DNA from: Gnetum montanum
Lineage: Eukaryota; Plantae; Gnetophyta
Length of the DNA: 64,000 bases
Direction of reading: 5' to 3'
NCBI GenBank assembly: GCA_015680685.1
Contig: MNCI01000461.1
Span: forward strand, 152,607-216,606
Position numbers and translations under genes: made by a program. The notes below the pieces were generated by a model, which searched no databases, was not told the origin of the DNA, and saw only the letters and a program-made list of their open reading frames with translations. The stretch's first letter is position 1, and each line of letters opens with the position of its first letter. Positions 26,371 through 41,240 of the stretch are shown one piece after another.

Positions 26371-27516
26371 CACACTCATAGCATCATAACCTCCCACCAT
26401 TTCATTAATCTTTAGAAGCACCTGCCATCAGTGTGGCCCTTGGGACACTCGCAACATCATCGCCTTACCACTTTCATTACCTTTCTGAGAAGTTACAATT
26501 GGCACAACATTTGATGCATTTGCAGCATCTTTGCATCTAGCACTTGTAGCATCTTCACATCTGGCATTTGCATTTTCATTTCATGTTGTGCGATTTTCTT
26601 GTCCTTTTGGAGTTGTGTTTGTAGGATGAAGCCTTAGAGGTGGTTGTGAAGAGATGCATCTCGTCATACTAGGAAGTCGCCAAATCACTTTGATATGCAT
26701 GATTAGGCTAGAAAATCTGCTTAAGAGTGCACACCCCTCTCCTTCTCATTTTAGCCTATGCACACTTACTCTCACATTTCCATTCCCTCTTGCATTTCCT
26801 GCATTCCCCTACATGCAAACCCTCTAATGCATACACACTATAAATGTACATGGCATTCTCTTCACATCAATCACAAAACCCATGGTGGATGTAATGCAAC
26901 TCATCTTGTGGGGAGCCTCTATTGGCTGGTTAAGGCCTAAGAGGATGTAACATAACTCATCTCAAGGAGGAAACACCTACCTATAGATATGATACAATTT
27001 CATCAAAATAAAGCTCATCTACTCAATGGCCCACACCTTGCAACCAGCAATCAATAGTAAGCCAAACCCATCAAGGGTTCACCTCACATCAAAGCAAAAA
27101 AGAAAAAAAAAGGAGAATGAGGAAAAGCAAATCCCCAAGCAAATTGACAATGCTACAACTTCACAATTGGCCTAGCCTTGGATTGACTTTGACTCTCTCA
27201 TGAGCACTCTAATGAGAGGTCAACATTTTAGGTGCAACCCATTTCATGTCATGATCACTGTCAATCATGCTAACTTTGCATGTTGCATTAGGATACACTA
27301 TTTGCATTTTATTTTCTTTGCTTGCATTTCAACTCCCTAGCACATTCCCAACACTTTGCCCTAGCATACCCTTATCCATAGCACTCTTGAACATGGTGGA
27401 ATGACATCCAATCTTGTACTAATGAGCATGTTGGTGCCACATTTGCTATGATGTTTTGCAATTCTTTGTCGACGTCTCTTAGGCCACTCCTCTAGATGTC
27501 AACAAAGAGGGGCCAT

Positions 27517-29134
27517 TGAAATACCACAAAATTTTGGGTCTTAGTGTCTTGACTACAAATTTGGCTAAGTGTCAAAATGGTGGCACTTTGCCCAAATTCT
27601 TCTAAGTGTTAAGCGTAGTTAGCTCTGACTGTTAGATTTGCAAAATTTTTCCAAGTGTCAAAATGATGACACAAGTTGAAAAATTTTTCTAAGTGTTGTG
27701 CTATGCTCTGGCACTGTAGTTGTTATACTTGGGACTATAGCTACTATGCTCGACACTATAACTATAATGATACACTATAGCTACTATGCTCCCCTATGCT
27801 CAAGAGTGTAGCAAGTGTAGCCAACACACAAATGGCTAGTTTTGTAGAATTTTTCTAAGTGTTGTGCTATGCTTCCACTACCCCTACTATACTCTAGAGT
27901 GTAGCTAGCATAGATAGCACCTCAATGGTCAATTTTTCCTAAGTGTCAAGCTAGAAGCTATCAAGTTAGCTCAACATGGAAGAGGCATTTGGTAGATTTT
28001 CTAACTCCTGAGGCTACCCCTCCTACTACAATCCAAAGCGTAGCTAGCATAGCAAGAATAAGGATTGCAATTTTTACCAAATTCTTCTAAGTTTCCATGC
28101 TATGCCTTGTCCTCGAGGAGCATCCCGTGTCCCACACATAATATAAGAGGGGTGTAGCAACCATAGTTAGAAAACTTTTTGAACTTTTTTTGGTCACCTT
28201 TGAACTTAGAATTTTTTTTGAATTTTTCTCGTAGTCGCACCTACCACACTGTCACATGGTGCCTGATCCAAATTTTGGGCTAACCCTAGTCCTATAAATA
28301 CCCTATGCCCCAATGTTTTAAGGGCTGGTTGTCTTCCATTTTTCACTAGTTGGAAGTTGGCATCTTCATTTGGCATTTGGCATTTTGGCATCTTTGCACT
28401 TAGCTCCCTAGGTGAACGAGACCTACAGTACACCACACTAGCATAGAGGCATCCTTGCACTACATGGTACATCATAGCCCCATTGCAACCCTACATCGCA
28501 TAGTACACTATGGTCCTGTTGTAGCCTTGCGTCACATGGTACACCACGATAGCCAACTTGGCAAGCACGATTCATCACAATGAGCACCAGACTTCATGTC
28601 CCAACATCATCAAGACTGTGACTATGCTACCATTGCATCTATTATACACTATGTATCTTTTGAGATCCTTTTGGAGTTAAACTATGCTCCCATTTGGGTT
28701 GGTGTTTCATTTCTCTCTCTTATTTCTAGCATTTTATTGCATTTTTCTTGCATCTTTTTGCACTTTTTCACATGTTGTCACGTTGTACTATGCTTAGGTG
28801 GTAGTCTTTGCTAGTTAACACCCTTATTTTGATTGAAACCCTTGGCTTCGCTTTCCCCCATTCTATGGCTACACTCTACAATTAGCACCATGAAGCATCG
28901 CTTTAACACTTAGCACTATTTCACATCACTTGCATTTTCATTTTGGCTAACCACACCACCCCCTGGTTTCACCCACCACCCTGGTTGTAGTCACCAAAGT
29001 CCCTATTCGATTGACAAGACCATTTAGAGTGCTCCACCTTCATTTCCAAGAAGGCCCTTGTGTAGAGGCAAGGTTAAGGTTGTGCATTTGTTGACCCCTC
29101 GGTGTTCCATTTGCCAACGTTTTTGGTTGTTACA
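27517..29134 (+). repeat. 3' LTR of A2
   Basis: PPT AAAGAGGGG before TG; ends GTTGTTACA. Confidence 0.92.
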
Positions 29135-29139
29135 CTTAC

Positions 29140-29788
29140 AAATTATAGTAATTTGTTAGCAATCATGGTAGAAATTTGTAGCACCAAAATAGATACCACA
29201 ACTTATTTGAAGAAAATTTGAATAATTGAATGGACTTTTGGCAAACTAACAATTAACTAAGCATTGGAGACTCTTAGAGTGATTGCATAGTAGCGAAAAG
29301 TGAAGCAACCATTTCAACATTTTTTGAATCAATGTAGCAAATATGAGCCAAAGAATAAGCAAGGAGTTTTGGAAATTGAAGCTTGAAAGCACCTAGATTG
29401 TGAAACGGATTGTAGAACACAAAATGCTAGTTTTACTAGACTTCAAGCATCATTTCAACAACTCCTTGTGCGCTAGGCACATACTTGTACACATTTGAAC
29501 TTTATTTTATTAGAAATTATATTATTTAATAAAATTTATAGTTCATTTATTTATGCAAGTTCATCATTTGAAAATTACAAGTTTATTTTGTACCATTTCT
29601 CTAGTTTTGGATCTACAAAGTTTTTAAAATTTATTTCCATTTTTTCATACTTTCTAAGTCCTTGGATGATTGACAAGATTGTTCAAGGTACCTTGGATTC
29701 TCTTTCTTGGAGGCCCTTAGGATCCAAGGTTAAATTTTTCTCATTAGAGATCTTTAATTTTCTAGCATTGAATTTTTTTGGTGTAACA
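29140..29788 (+). repeat. 3' part of the D 5' LTR
   Basis: Colinear with 54003-54645; ends GGTGTAACA, followed by a degenerate PBS. Confidence 0.9.
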
Positions 29789-30177
29789 AATTTTAACACT
29801 AAAAGGAGGACCTCTTCCCAACTTCTTCACCTGATCCAACCTACCCTTTCAAAGCCAAGTTTAATAAATTTAAAGTTTTAAAATCCACATTGAACCTAAC
29901 AAGAAACCAACATTGCTATCCATCTTGCTACAACTAATACCTAGTGTATTTTTTACAGTCAATTTGGGTGTTGTTGTGAAATTCATAGTTGCTAGACTTG
30001 TGGAGGCTTCTACAAACTCCTTGTAGTTCCTAAGGTATCTGATCTCCTTTGCCTACTATTTGGTTTTCTTTTCCAATGCTACAACTCTTTTTCATAGGAA
30101 TTCATTGGAATGTTCACACTTCCATGAAGTCCTAGCACATGAGAGCATACATTCGATGGCACTCTTGTATAACCTTT

Positions 30178-31856
30178 TGAAACACCACCAAATTTAGGAA
30201 ATAGTACCTCAATGGAAGATTTGTCTAAGTTCCAACATGAGATAATGTTTTCTGAGTGTTTGGCCCATGCTTCCACTACTAGGCCCTAGAGCGTAGTCAG
30301 TATAGCACACAACATAGAGCTAGATCTGTAAGATTTTCTAAGTGTTGATAGCAATTGCAAAAAAAATTTTCTAAGTGTTGTGCTACACTCACATTCTTCT
30401 TGCTATGCTCTAGAGCATAGTCAACATAGGATCCACTTTAGTGGCTAGTTTTTCCTACGTGTCAAGCCAAAAGCTATCAAGCTAGCCTAGCATGGAGGGG
30501 GCATTTGGAAAATTTTCTAACTCTTAAGGTTACCCCTCCTACTATGCTCCTAAGCATAGCCAATGTAGCCTAGATAAAGGTTGAAATTTTTGCCAATTTT
30601 TTCTAAGTGTTAGTGCCACACTCTCATTTTTCCTACTATGCTCTAGAGCATAGCTAGTGTAGCTAGAATTTGCCTAACTATTGGGTTACTCTCTAGAGCA
30701 TAGCTGGCATAGCAATACAGGGTATTCTCCAAAAGCTTCCAGAGCTCAACATTAGCCTCCATCTTAGCTCCATCACTTCTCCAATAAGTAGTATTAGCAA
30801 TTTTCATCTTTTTTGCATCCCCTATTTGTCCCAAATTGTACCTACACTCAACTCCACTCGAAAGAGGGGAGAGAATAGTCTTGAAGCGTAGCCTTCAAAT
30901 TGCATTATTTTGCACTATTTCCAAGTACACTATGGTCTCTTTGGCCTTAGCACAGCTAGTCTTAGTAGTGTAGTCATAGTCTAGTAGTCTTAGGATCCAT
31001 TAGAGCACACTAGAGTGCAGCATCATTTTTCTCTAGTGGAAGTATAGCTAGGATCAACATAGCCTCAACTACCCCCTCTACCATGTGGCACCTAATCCAC
31101 ACTTCATGTCAACCCTAACCCTATAAATATCCCTGCGTTTCACATTTTAGGGGTTGGAAATTTCATTTAGTGGCTAGCATTTTGAAGCATTTAGTGGGCA
31201 TTTTCATTTAGTAGTTGACAACTTGGCATTGGCACTCTTGCACCTAAACACCGTTAGCACCTTGACAAAACTTTGGGATACCACTAGACATCACAACAAA
31301 CTGCAACCCATAGGAGCAACTATGGTAGCCAACCTAGCAGGCATAGACCTCATAGTGGATGTCAGTTTTCATAGCCCAAACATCCTAGAGATTGTAGCTA
31401 TGTTGCCTATTGTTTCCATCTATATGCTATGTACCTCATCTCCTTTCTTTTGCAATTGCTATGCTCCCCCCAATTAGGGCAATGTCATTCTTCCTCTCTC
31501 AAACTCCATTGCATTTTCAAGTATTTTCTTTAGCATTTAGCATCACACTTGCATTTTTTTTGCTATTTTACATGTATTTTTACATTTTCACCATCATTTT
31601 CATACCAAAAAACCCTACTATGCTTGGGCTTAGTTAGCCCCGCTACCACTAAAAACACCATGTGAACCTTCCTAGCACTTGTTTGTTGAAACACTCCATA
31701 AGTCCTAGTTCGATTGACAAGATCATTCTAAGCACTTCACCATTGTTTTCATCCTCCAATGACATCCCTTTGGATGGGGGTGTGGTTAGCGCTATATTGT
31801 AGCCATGGACCCCCTCGGTGTGACCATTCTAGCCACTAACATTCTCATTTGCTACA
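30178..31856 (+). repeat. 5' LTR of B2
   Basis: TG...CA termini; homologous to the 3' LTR. Confidence 0.92.
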
Positions 31857-32337
31857 ATTTTTTAGTGCTAGAATGAGGGTCATATCATTTCCTTCTGCAT
31901 TCAATGGTAATCCTTTGTGATCTCTGCACCTCCATCATAGCTTTTGGGTAGCATAGACCTCATACCCATGTGGACCTGCCATGGTAGTAGTTGGATCATA
32001 GGCTAGTGTAGGAGTTTCCTATGAGTTGGTTAGTGTAAATTGAACCTAATTGTTAATTCCCTTAGAACCCTATTGGATGAAAGCCAAAGTGTATCTTTGG
32101 CACTTAGTCAAAACTCTATGTGCTCAAGATAGCCTAGCTAGCTCTCAACATGAGAGCATATCAGGCCTCAGCATAGCTAGCATAACATACCAGTGTTAGT
32201 TTTTTCTTTAGCATTATTTTTAGACTTAGCCATGTTCTTGGCATTTTTTAGCATCTTCTTACTTAGCCATTTTTTAGTATTTCTATACTTAGACATTTTT
32301 TTAGCATCTACAAATTTTGCATTTCTCGCATGCCATC

Positions 32338-35300
32338 ATGAACCTTGAGCAGCCTTCAACCTCCACCCTAAGCACTTTCATTGTCCAACCTAGTCAACAA
32401 AAGATCATAATTAATCTTCTTGGGGTTGGAGGGTCTACTTTCTTAGAGAGGCAATCACTCAAAATATGCAACCAACCACCCGACTATATGGTACTTGATG
32501 ATGAAAAATATAGCTTCCTTTGTGTGAAACTCTAGGTGGTTCTATCCCTAGACCACTAAGAAATGGATGGCAAACAAGGTAATAAAATAATACACTAGAA
32601 TAAGAGGGAGTATTTCCCTACCCCTAATAATTTCATTCCACTCATCAAGACCTTTCAGTGGCTGATTGACCAACTTGTTCAACTAATCAGGTCAAATGAT
32701 CATAATGTGGCAACCAATTACGAGGATTCCTTGCAAGATGGGCAGCATGAGTTTGATGCTCATTTAGAGAATGAGAACCCCTTTTATGTCTCTTTCTAGC
32801 AAGCTACCTCTAGTTTCATCCCTCAACAATCCCAACCATCTACCTTCTATCAAGCGGTTACATCCTCTTTGTCACCTCCTAGGTCAACCCCTATGGTGGA
32901 AAGTCATCAAGTGTACACACATCAGGATGAAAGAACATCTATCACCTCAACCTTTGTACATCACATGAATTAGGGTGCAAGACCATCTACCATCCTCCCC
33001 TTCATGACATCTACATAGTTTGCACAATCCTTCCTACTAGCATCCATCATGCCCACGCAACCTTACGTGCACATTGTGCTTATATCCAACCACCACCAGC
33101 TCAGGCATTGTATGTTCTGCCTATCCCATCAGCATCCCCTACAATGACATAAGCCACAACTATGTGGTGGGCCCAATCCTTTGTACCCATTGTGTAGCTT
33201 TCACAAAAGTACATGCAATAGCATATGCAACAAGCATCACACATGGTCATGTAGCCCACAGCAGGGCCATGGGCCACTCAAGCAACATAGTAGGCAACAC
33301 AACCAGTGCAACCCATTACATCCACCTCAAGCTTGGACCAAGCATTTTAGCTCTTCCAAATGCTCACTAAGGAGGTTAAGCGATTCAAAGCCTCCTCCTC
33401 TAAAATGATCAATGTGATGGATTTTTACCAAGATGACCTAATTAGTCCTGCAATCTCATCACTTATCCTACCTCATAGAGTCCAACTTCCCCAATTCACT
33501 AAATACAACAGTGAAGGGGATCCTAATGCCCATTTTGTGATCTTCCATTCTGAATGCATTTTGTTGCAAGCATGGCCACATGTAATCATCCATGCATTTG
33601 CCATGTCCATAACTAGAAAGGCACTAGACTGGTACTATGTGCTCCCCAGGGCCTCCATATCTTCCTTAGAGGAATTGCTCAATAAATTCATCATTTTTTT
33701 CAAGTACAACTTGAAGCTCAAGGTAACCTTGGATCAACTAATGTAAATCAAGTAGGGCAACTTAGAGCCTATGCAAAAATTTATCTAGCATTGGAGCACT
33801 GCACTTAATGAAATTAGTGGGCCCATTGCAAAAACCCACCTATTGGCCATCTTCAAAGGTGTAGTAGTTGAAGTTATACTTGCCTTACACTCCCTGAGCA
33901 TAGCATTTGCTAAAACGAAAAGCATTCAAGATGCGGTGGGAGCCAATAAAGACTTGGCCTATGTGGCCTGCAAAAATGCACATGCAATGAAGGATAAGAA
34001 AAAGGTCAAGGCAACCACAACTATTGCAATGGTGGCTAGTGAGGCCAAGCCAAACAACACAAAATCAATGGCCAAGGCACCCAAGGGCCCGACCAATAGC
34101 AAGGCATTTGGCTTTGGTACTATGATGATTAATCAATCCACACCATTGGTGACCATGAGGCAAGCTATCCCAAGGCCAAAATTTGAGCACAAGGACTACT
34201 AAAAGTATACATCATTACCCATCAAGCCATTGAAGCTCTTATTTCAACTACTTAACATTGGGCACATCTAGTATAAGCAAATGTCTGAGGATTCTTACAA
34301 GCATCATGATTGCTACTGCGAGCTTCTCAAAAATCCATCAATACCCACACCAAATAAGCCTTCAATCCCTAAACATTTCAGGTCAGATGATTTTTACCAT
34401 TACCATCAATTTCCCATCCATGACAAAGACTTTTGCATGGCCTTACAAGATGACATACAATGCATGACTGACCAAGGCTAACTGGTCCTTGATGTAACCA
34501 ACCCAATTTTCATGGAGAATCAATCAATGAAGGTCTACAAAGACCCTCTTAATGCAAGGGGCACAGGCTACATTATCAATTCCATCAACATTAATGATGA
34601 CTTAGAATTGGCACAAGAGCCATTCGTGATTTGTGTGTCCTCTGGCAACACTGGGGCCTCCTCGACATCAACTAGTTCGAGGTCCCTTTTTGTTGGGCAT
34701 CCATGACACCCTTTTTGATTAGGGCCCCATAGTACATTGCAGAGACAACAACCTAGACACATTTTTTCATTAGGATGCCTCAATGTGTTGACCCCTCACC
34801 TACTCAAAGTCTAGTATTAGGAACTATGTCAAGCCATGCTTGCCCAAGGCCTCATCCCACATACAACACCAAGAAATCTAGGTGGTAGCCTAGGAGGTCC
34901 AACAAATGCCTCATTGAAAAAATGATTAGGAAACATTTGGAGCTAGGTCCACCTAAGCCCATCCCCTTATATTATATTCCCATGGCCACATCAATCGAAA
35001 TAGCTACTGCAAGCAACCAACAACCTAGTACTAAGGCTAAAAATAGAAAAAACAAGCCAAGCGCAAATCTCCTCCCTAAGAGATTTGTCTCTTGGGCCAC
35101 ATGGAGGAGATGAAGGCCAACAAAGCAACCGATAGTGATAAGGATTTCTTATATGCATTGGCACAAGTCCAATAGGCTCTGAAACAAAAAAACACAACAT
35201 TGAGTTTGTATTACTTATGACCTCTTCCACTCATCGCAAAGCATTAGTTCACATGTTGACCTCCATTTTAGTTAAGGAGGATATCCCAATGGATGAACAA

Positions 35301-36092
35301 GCCATCAATGCTATGATGCTTTCCCCCACACCATAAACATTAGTTTCAATACCCCTAGAATTTCATGATGAGTTGATTAAGTTGATCTTGAAAAGGGTCA
35401 AGTCATCACCATGCCAATGTTCATAACAATCCACATAAGGCAATGCAAGATTCATAGGATTCACATTGATGATGGGGTGGAAACTAACATAATCTCATTC
35501 CTAGTCATTGACCAACATGGTCTCACTGACCAAATCAAACCCATGAAGATAATGTGCCTAAAGTCCTTTAACAAGTCATGCGTTGTGGTAAGGGGGACAA
35601 TCACAATAGCTTTCATGGTAGGGGAGTAGTTCCCTACAATAGTTGAATTCATTGTCATTGAGGAGATGCCTAGGTTTAGTCTGATCTTGGGAAGGCCCTA
35701 GCTACCCCAATTGTAGGTTGTCTCCTTGGCCATCCACCAATAAATCCACCTTTCATACGAAGGTGGAGAAGTGATTATACATGCTAACAATGTAGCCCCT
35801 TTGACCATTAACAACCTTGACACAGAACAAGAGTTAGAGGTAGATTTCCCCAATGACATGTCACCCGTGACGGATGAGGGTCAACCTTGCATGGCAGACA
35901 TACCCAAGGAATCAAAAGAAGCCAATGACCTTCTTGAGGAAGCTCTATGGATAGAGTTACCCTTTAGCATCATAGATGAGGGTCTAGGTGAATATCACTT
36001 GATGCTGCCCAGGCCCTATGCACCCCCTAACCTACATCAAGTTAGAAAAAAACTACATAACTAACGCATCCCCTTAGTTTAACATCTGCTAG
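32338..36092 (+). pseudogene. gag-protease pseudogene of B2
   Basis: LPQFTKYNSEGDPNAH (33360-33746), YHYHQFPIHDKDFC, RIHIDDGVETNII (35411-35629). Confidence 0.9.
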
Positions 36093-36151
36093 GTTCCTAC
36101 TTGCCTCTAATATTCACATGTCCTATTTGCTTTTTGCTATTTTCATGCATT

Positions 36152-39055
36152 TGCATAGACTTCCAGGACCTCAACAAGGCAACCATCAAAGACAATTTTC
36201 CATTGCTTAGTATTGACCAACTAGTTAATACTACAGTTGGTCATGCCTTGTTATCCTTCATGGATGAGTTCTCTAGTTACAACTAGATTCCAATCAACCC
36301 AGAGTACCAGCTTAGTACTACCTTCATGACCCCTTGGAGTACGTTTTGCTATACAATGATGCCTTTCGAACTAAAGAATGCAAGAGCAACCTATCAATGT
36401 TCTATGACATACATCTTTAGCAATTATTTGCTAGATTTACTTAATAACTACATTGATGAGATAGCAATTAAGTCCAAAATAGCACATAACCATGTAGATG
36501 ACTTAGATCGTGTACTCAAACATTGTCTAAGACATGACCTTAGATTGAATCCTAAGAAGTGTGTCTTTGGTATTAAAGTGGATCACATGCTAAGTTTCAT
36601 AGTATTAGAAGTATGCATATGCATAGACCTCAATAAGGTTAAGGCCATCATCAAGGTAGCACCACTAACTAACTTTAAGGAGCTATGTGGGTTACAAGGT
36701 AGATTGCAATTCATTCATAGGTTTATCGCACAATTAACTGATAAGTTGCAACCAATGCAACATTTGCTCAAAAAGGAAGTCCACTTTGAGTGGATGGCTC
36801 AATGCTAAGAGGCATTTGACAACCTTAAATAGGATCTAGCTCAACTTCCTACAATCTACCCTCCACAAGGAGATAAATTATTCTACATTTACCTTGCAAC
36901 CTCCAACGCATCCATCACTTCTCTGCTTTGCCAAAAGTAAAACAATGGCTCAAAGGTTCCTGTATACTACCTAATCCATGCATTAGTGGCTGATGAAGCA
37001 AAATACAATGATGTGGAGAAGAACTGCCTCACCTTAGTATTTGTGCTTAAGAAGTGGAGGCACTATCTTTTCTATTGCCAGGTAAACATCATCTGCAAGA
37101 GCAATGTACTCCAAGCAATTGCAAACATTTACAAAAGTAGTTGGATTGCATGGTGGAAAGAAATAACCACAAATTTTGACCTGCATCACATAGCACAAGA
37201 ATCAACTAAAGGTCAAGAAATATCCACACAACTTATGGCTTTGACAATAAATGATCAAGCAATGATAGATCCAAAATTGCTAGATGAGCATGTTAGTAGT
37301 ATAAGCCAAGTGCCTACTAATTTTGAGGCAATCTTACATTTTGATGATGCTTCAACCTCTCAAGGGGGTAGTGCCACTATTTCAATCATATTTCCCTCTA
37401 GAGAGATCCAACCCTTTTCTTATCACATTGCATTTCCTTGCACCAACAATGTAGCAGAGTACGAAGGTCTCCTTAGAGGCATCTTAGTAGCTCACAACCT
37501 AGGAATTCAAAACCTAGTGATCCCAGGTGATTCATGGTTTGTCATTAACCAAGTTACAGAGGTTTATGCTTGTAAGGCACAACACTTACAACCTTACTAG
37601 ACTTGGCAAAGTACTTCCTCAAACAATTTGAAACTGTAGATATCCAACATATTCCCCATAATGAGAATGCCATTGCCAACACATTAGCCACATTAGCCTT
37701 AAGCATTACACCCAACATGTTTCATGCCTTACCTGCTTTAGTAACAGATTACATCGAGCCTATCACACAAATAACTAACATTGCATCTATAGCCACAACA
37801 AGCATGAATCAAGCACAAGAATGGTACAATGACATTGTGCCTTCAACAAGGTGAGCCTCCATAACATCTAATCACTACCCAAAAAGATGCAGTGAAAAAA
37901 TGGTTAGGGTAGTATGTCCTCATAAGTGATAACACAGTATGTCATAGATCCTATGATGGCATACTACTAACCTACATTAGTGATAGTGAACACAGACGAT
38001 CGTTGAGTAAGTCCACAAGGGACTATGCAAAGGTCAAATAGCACCTAGGGAAATGGCATTGAAAATTATATGCTTAGGCTACTATTGGCCTTACATGGAA
38101 TGCAATTGTGTTTCCAAGGTTAAGCTATTGACATGTGTCAATGACATGGCAACTTAATGTAGATTCCTCCCACTGAACTACACACCATGTTGATTACATG
38201 GCCATTCCAATGTTGGGGGTTGGATATTATACGACCTATCACACCTAAGTCTTTTTGGGACATAGCTTTATCATAACCACAACTAAATACTTTACCAAGT
38301 GGGTTGAAGCTATTCCCCTTAGGAATACAACATCGCAATAGGTTTGTAAATTCATTCTTGACAACATAGTGACTCAATTTAGTCTACCCATAACTATAGT
38401 TATAGACAATGGGCCATAGTTTAGCAGTGTAAAAACCAAAGCCTTTTGTGAATGCCTTGGCATTAAGCATTCCTTCTCATCACCATACTACTAGTAGGCG
38501 AATGGCCAAGTGGAGGCTATAAACAAATTCATCATCAACCTTCTAAAGAATATGCTCAGCTGTAGCAAATGAGGATCTCACAAGCAACTAGTTTATAGAC
38601 TATGGGCCTACCGTACAACATGTAGAACAAAAATAGGTAAGATGCCATAGAGCCTTGTATATGGATCTAAAGAAATATTTCCTCTCTAATTGCAAGTCCC
38701 ATCACTTCATGTGATCCTCTTGAGCTTCATTGATGAGGATCAAAATGATGAGTTGAGAATCATTGATCATGACTCCATCAAGGAGGAGTGCATGCAGATG
38801 CTTGATCACATCGAATGGTATCAAGAAAACCAATGGCAAAAGAACTACCACAATTAGCATCAACACCCAATCAGAAGAAGGGACATAGTCCTTAAGGCCA
38901 TTTGTGAACCTATGAATAAATTCTCAGCCAATTGGGAAGGTCCTTTCTTGCTCACTAAGGCCTATGACAATGGAGCATTCAAGCTTGCTAATCTAGATAG
39001 TAATGAGTTTGCCAATATGATCAACTATTCATACCTGAAGCCATACTATGCCTAG
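36152..39055 (+). pseudogene. pol pseudogene of B2: N-truncated RT, RNase H, archaeal-type RNase H, integrase
   Basis: CIDFQDLNKA..KDNFPL..ID, MPFELKNARATYQ, YIDE (YVDD-like), LNPKKCVFG; RH Y..VEK.CL.LV...KKWRHY; aRH LHFDDAS...CTNNVAEYEGL...GDS..VINQV; INT WPFQCWGLDII, NWEGPF. Confidence 0.95.
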
Positions 39056-39099
39056 CACACAGCATTGCATTAATGACAAAGTAAGGTAAGAAAGCATCT

Positions 39100-39650
39100 G
39101 CTATGAAATTAAACTAGCACAAGAAGTCTGCTATGACTATAAACTAGCACAAAGCATCCTTGAGCTACAACATTAAACTGGCATCCATAGCACACTCGTT
39201 TTCTATGATGTTAAATTGGCATAATAAGTTTGCTATGATTATAAACTAGCACAACTTGTCCTTGGGCCATGATGCTAAAATTGACATCCACAACATAGTT
39301 CGCTATGATTATAAACTAGCACAACTCATCCTTGGGCCATGACACTAAAATTGACATTTGCAGCATAGTTCGCTATGACTATAAACTAGCATAGCTTATC
39401 CTTGCGTCATGACATTAAACTGGCACAACATCCATCATTTTCTATAATATTAAACTAGCACACAACAATCTGCTAGAACTATAAACTAGCACATCACCCT
39501 CTACCAAGACCTTAAACTAGGTTCACAGTCTGCTAAGACTATAAACTAGCACATCATGATCTACCAAGACCTTAAACTAGGTTCAAAATCTACTATGACC
39601 CTAAACTATCATAGCAGGCAGTCTACCAAGACCTCAAACTGGGTTTGCAG
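39100..39650 (+). repeat. 3' UTR TAAACTRGCA array (B2)
   Basis: About 17 units, with higher-order dimers of about 60-70 bp (39230-39370 and 39465-39600). Confidence 0.88.
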
Positions 39651-41240
39651 TTTAGCACACATAGCTCAACATGCACAGTTCTATGCATGAGTGAGCATGA
39701 ATACTTTCAATCCTCTATCATCTACCCACACCTCCTGGGCAAGGTGGGGTAGGGTGTTGCAATTCCAAAATGAAGTTCACATCATTAAGAAAGAGACTTC
39801 TGGGACATTTGTAGCATTACTTCCCTTAGCATTTTTCTAATTCTCTAGAGATTCCCTCAGGCATTTTTCTAACCTTTTGGAGCTACCAACACCATTGCTA
39901 GTCATACCATCCCTCGGCTATGCCAACAACATCACTAGCCTTGGGTATTTCATTATTGGTTGGAGCTCTCACCATTAGCACCACCCACTATTGTCCTAGT
40001 AGTACTTTGGCCTAGTCACTATACTACCATCCTCTAGCCCTCACTATTTCCTAGGCTTGGAATCATGTTTAGCATCCTAACTCTACCATTTTTCTAGATT
40101 TCCAAGTTCCTATCCTTGGTGTGGAGTCTTGAGAACTTGCATTGCCATTACCCTTGGCCACTTACTGGCCTCCTTGGGGTACTCGCTTCCAGTGTGGCTA
40201 CTAGAGCTTTTGCAACTTTTTGGCACCAACACCTGCACTAGCCTTCTTGCTTTGGCACTACAAGTTCTTACAACTAGCCCAGCACTCAAGACACTTGCAA
40301 CACCCATGCAACTAGCAGTTTGCTCTTATCTCACATGTTGTGTGGTTGTTTTCTTATCTTCTCTATGTTGTGTTTATAATATGAAGCCCTAGAGGCAATT
40401 GTTTAGGGACACATTTCCTTGTAGTGATAAGTCACCACATCACTCTGATGTGCTTAGTTGGACTCACTAAGCCACTTGAGAGTGCACATCCCTATTACTG
40501 TACTATAGCCTATTTGCATTTACCCCTTTACCTTACATTTCCTAGCCTTCACTATAAGCTTCTTTGATGCACATGGCACCTTTCTTTTAGTCGACCATAG
40601 AACCAATGATAGATGTAACACAACTTGTCCCATGGGGATCCTTTGTGGGCTAGTCAAAGCCCAAGTGGATGTAATGTAGCTGATCCTAGGGAGGAAACAC
40701 CTATCCTATAGATGCAACATAGTTTCTTCTAAGTAAATCCCATTGAGCAACACATAGTCCACTCGATGCTTAGCATCTTATGGTTAGAACCTCTTAAAAA
40801 AAGGGGGGTGGGGGTAAAAACATGTTCCCATGCAAAATCTAGCAAAGCTACAATTTCACAACTATTCTAACCATACATTTGTATCGGCCTTCTCATAAGC
40901 ACTCTAACAAGAGGTCAACATGTTAGGGGTAAGCCATTCTAGTGCGATGGGTGATGACTCTCTCACAAGCATTTCGATGAGAGGATATTGTCTTGGTGAC
41001 AAGCCACCCTAGTGCCATGATCATGGTCAACCATGCTGACATCACATCTTGCAGCATGATATACCATTTGCATCTCACTCCTTTCTTGCTATCCCAAGAC
41101 AATTCCCTACATCCATTACCTATAGCATACCATTACCTTTAGTACTCTCTAGCCTAGTGAGGCATCCTTTAATCAAGTACCAATGAGTAATGTTGATGTC
41201 TCTCAATCCACTCCTCCAAACATCGACAAAGAGGGATTAA

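Larger units (their letters stand above)
20146..29134 (+). mobile_element. Complete non-autonomous Tat element A2 (gag-pro only)
   Basis: Two LTRs, PBS, PPT, TSD CCTAC (20141-45)/CTTAC (29135-39); empty site CCTAC at 53998-54002 in the D 3' LTR. Confidence 0.93.
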
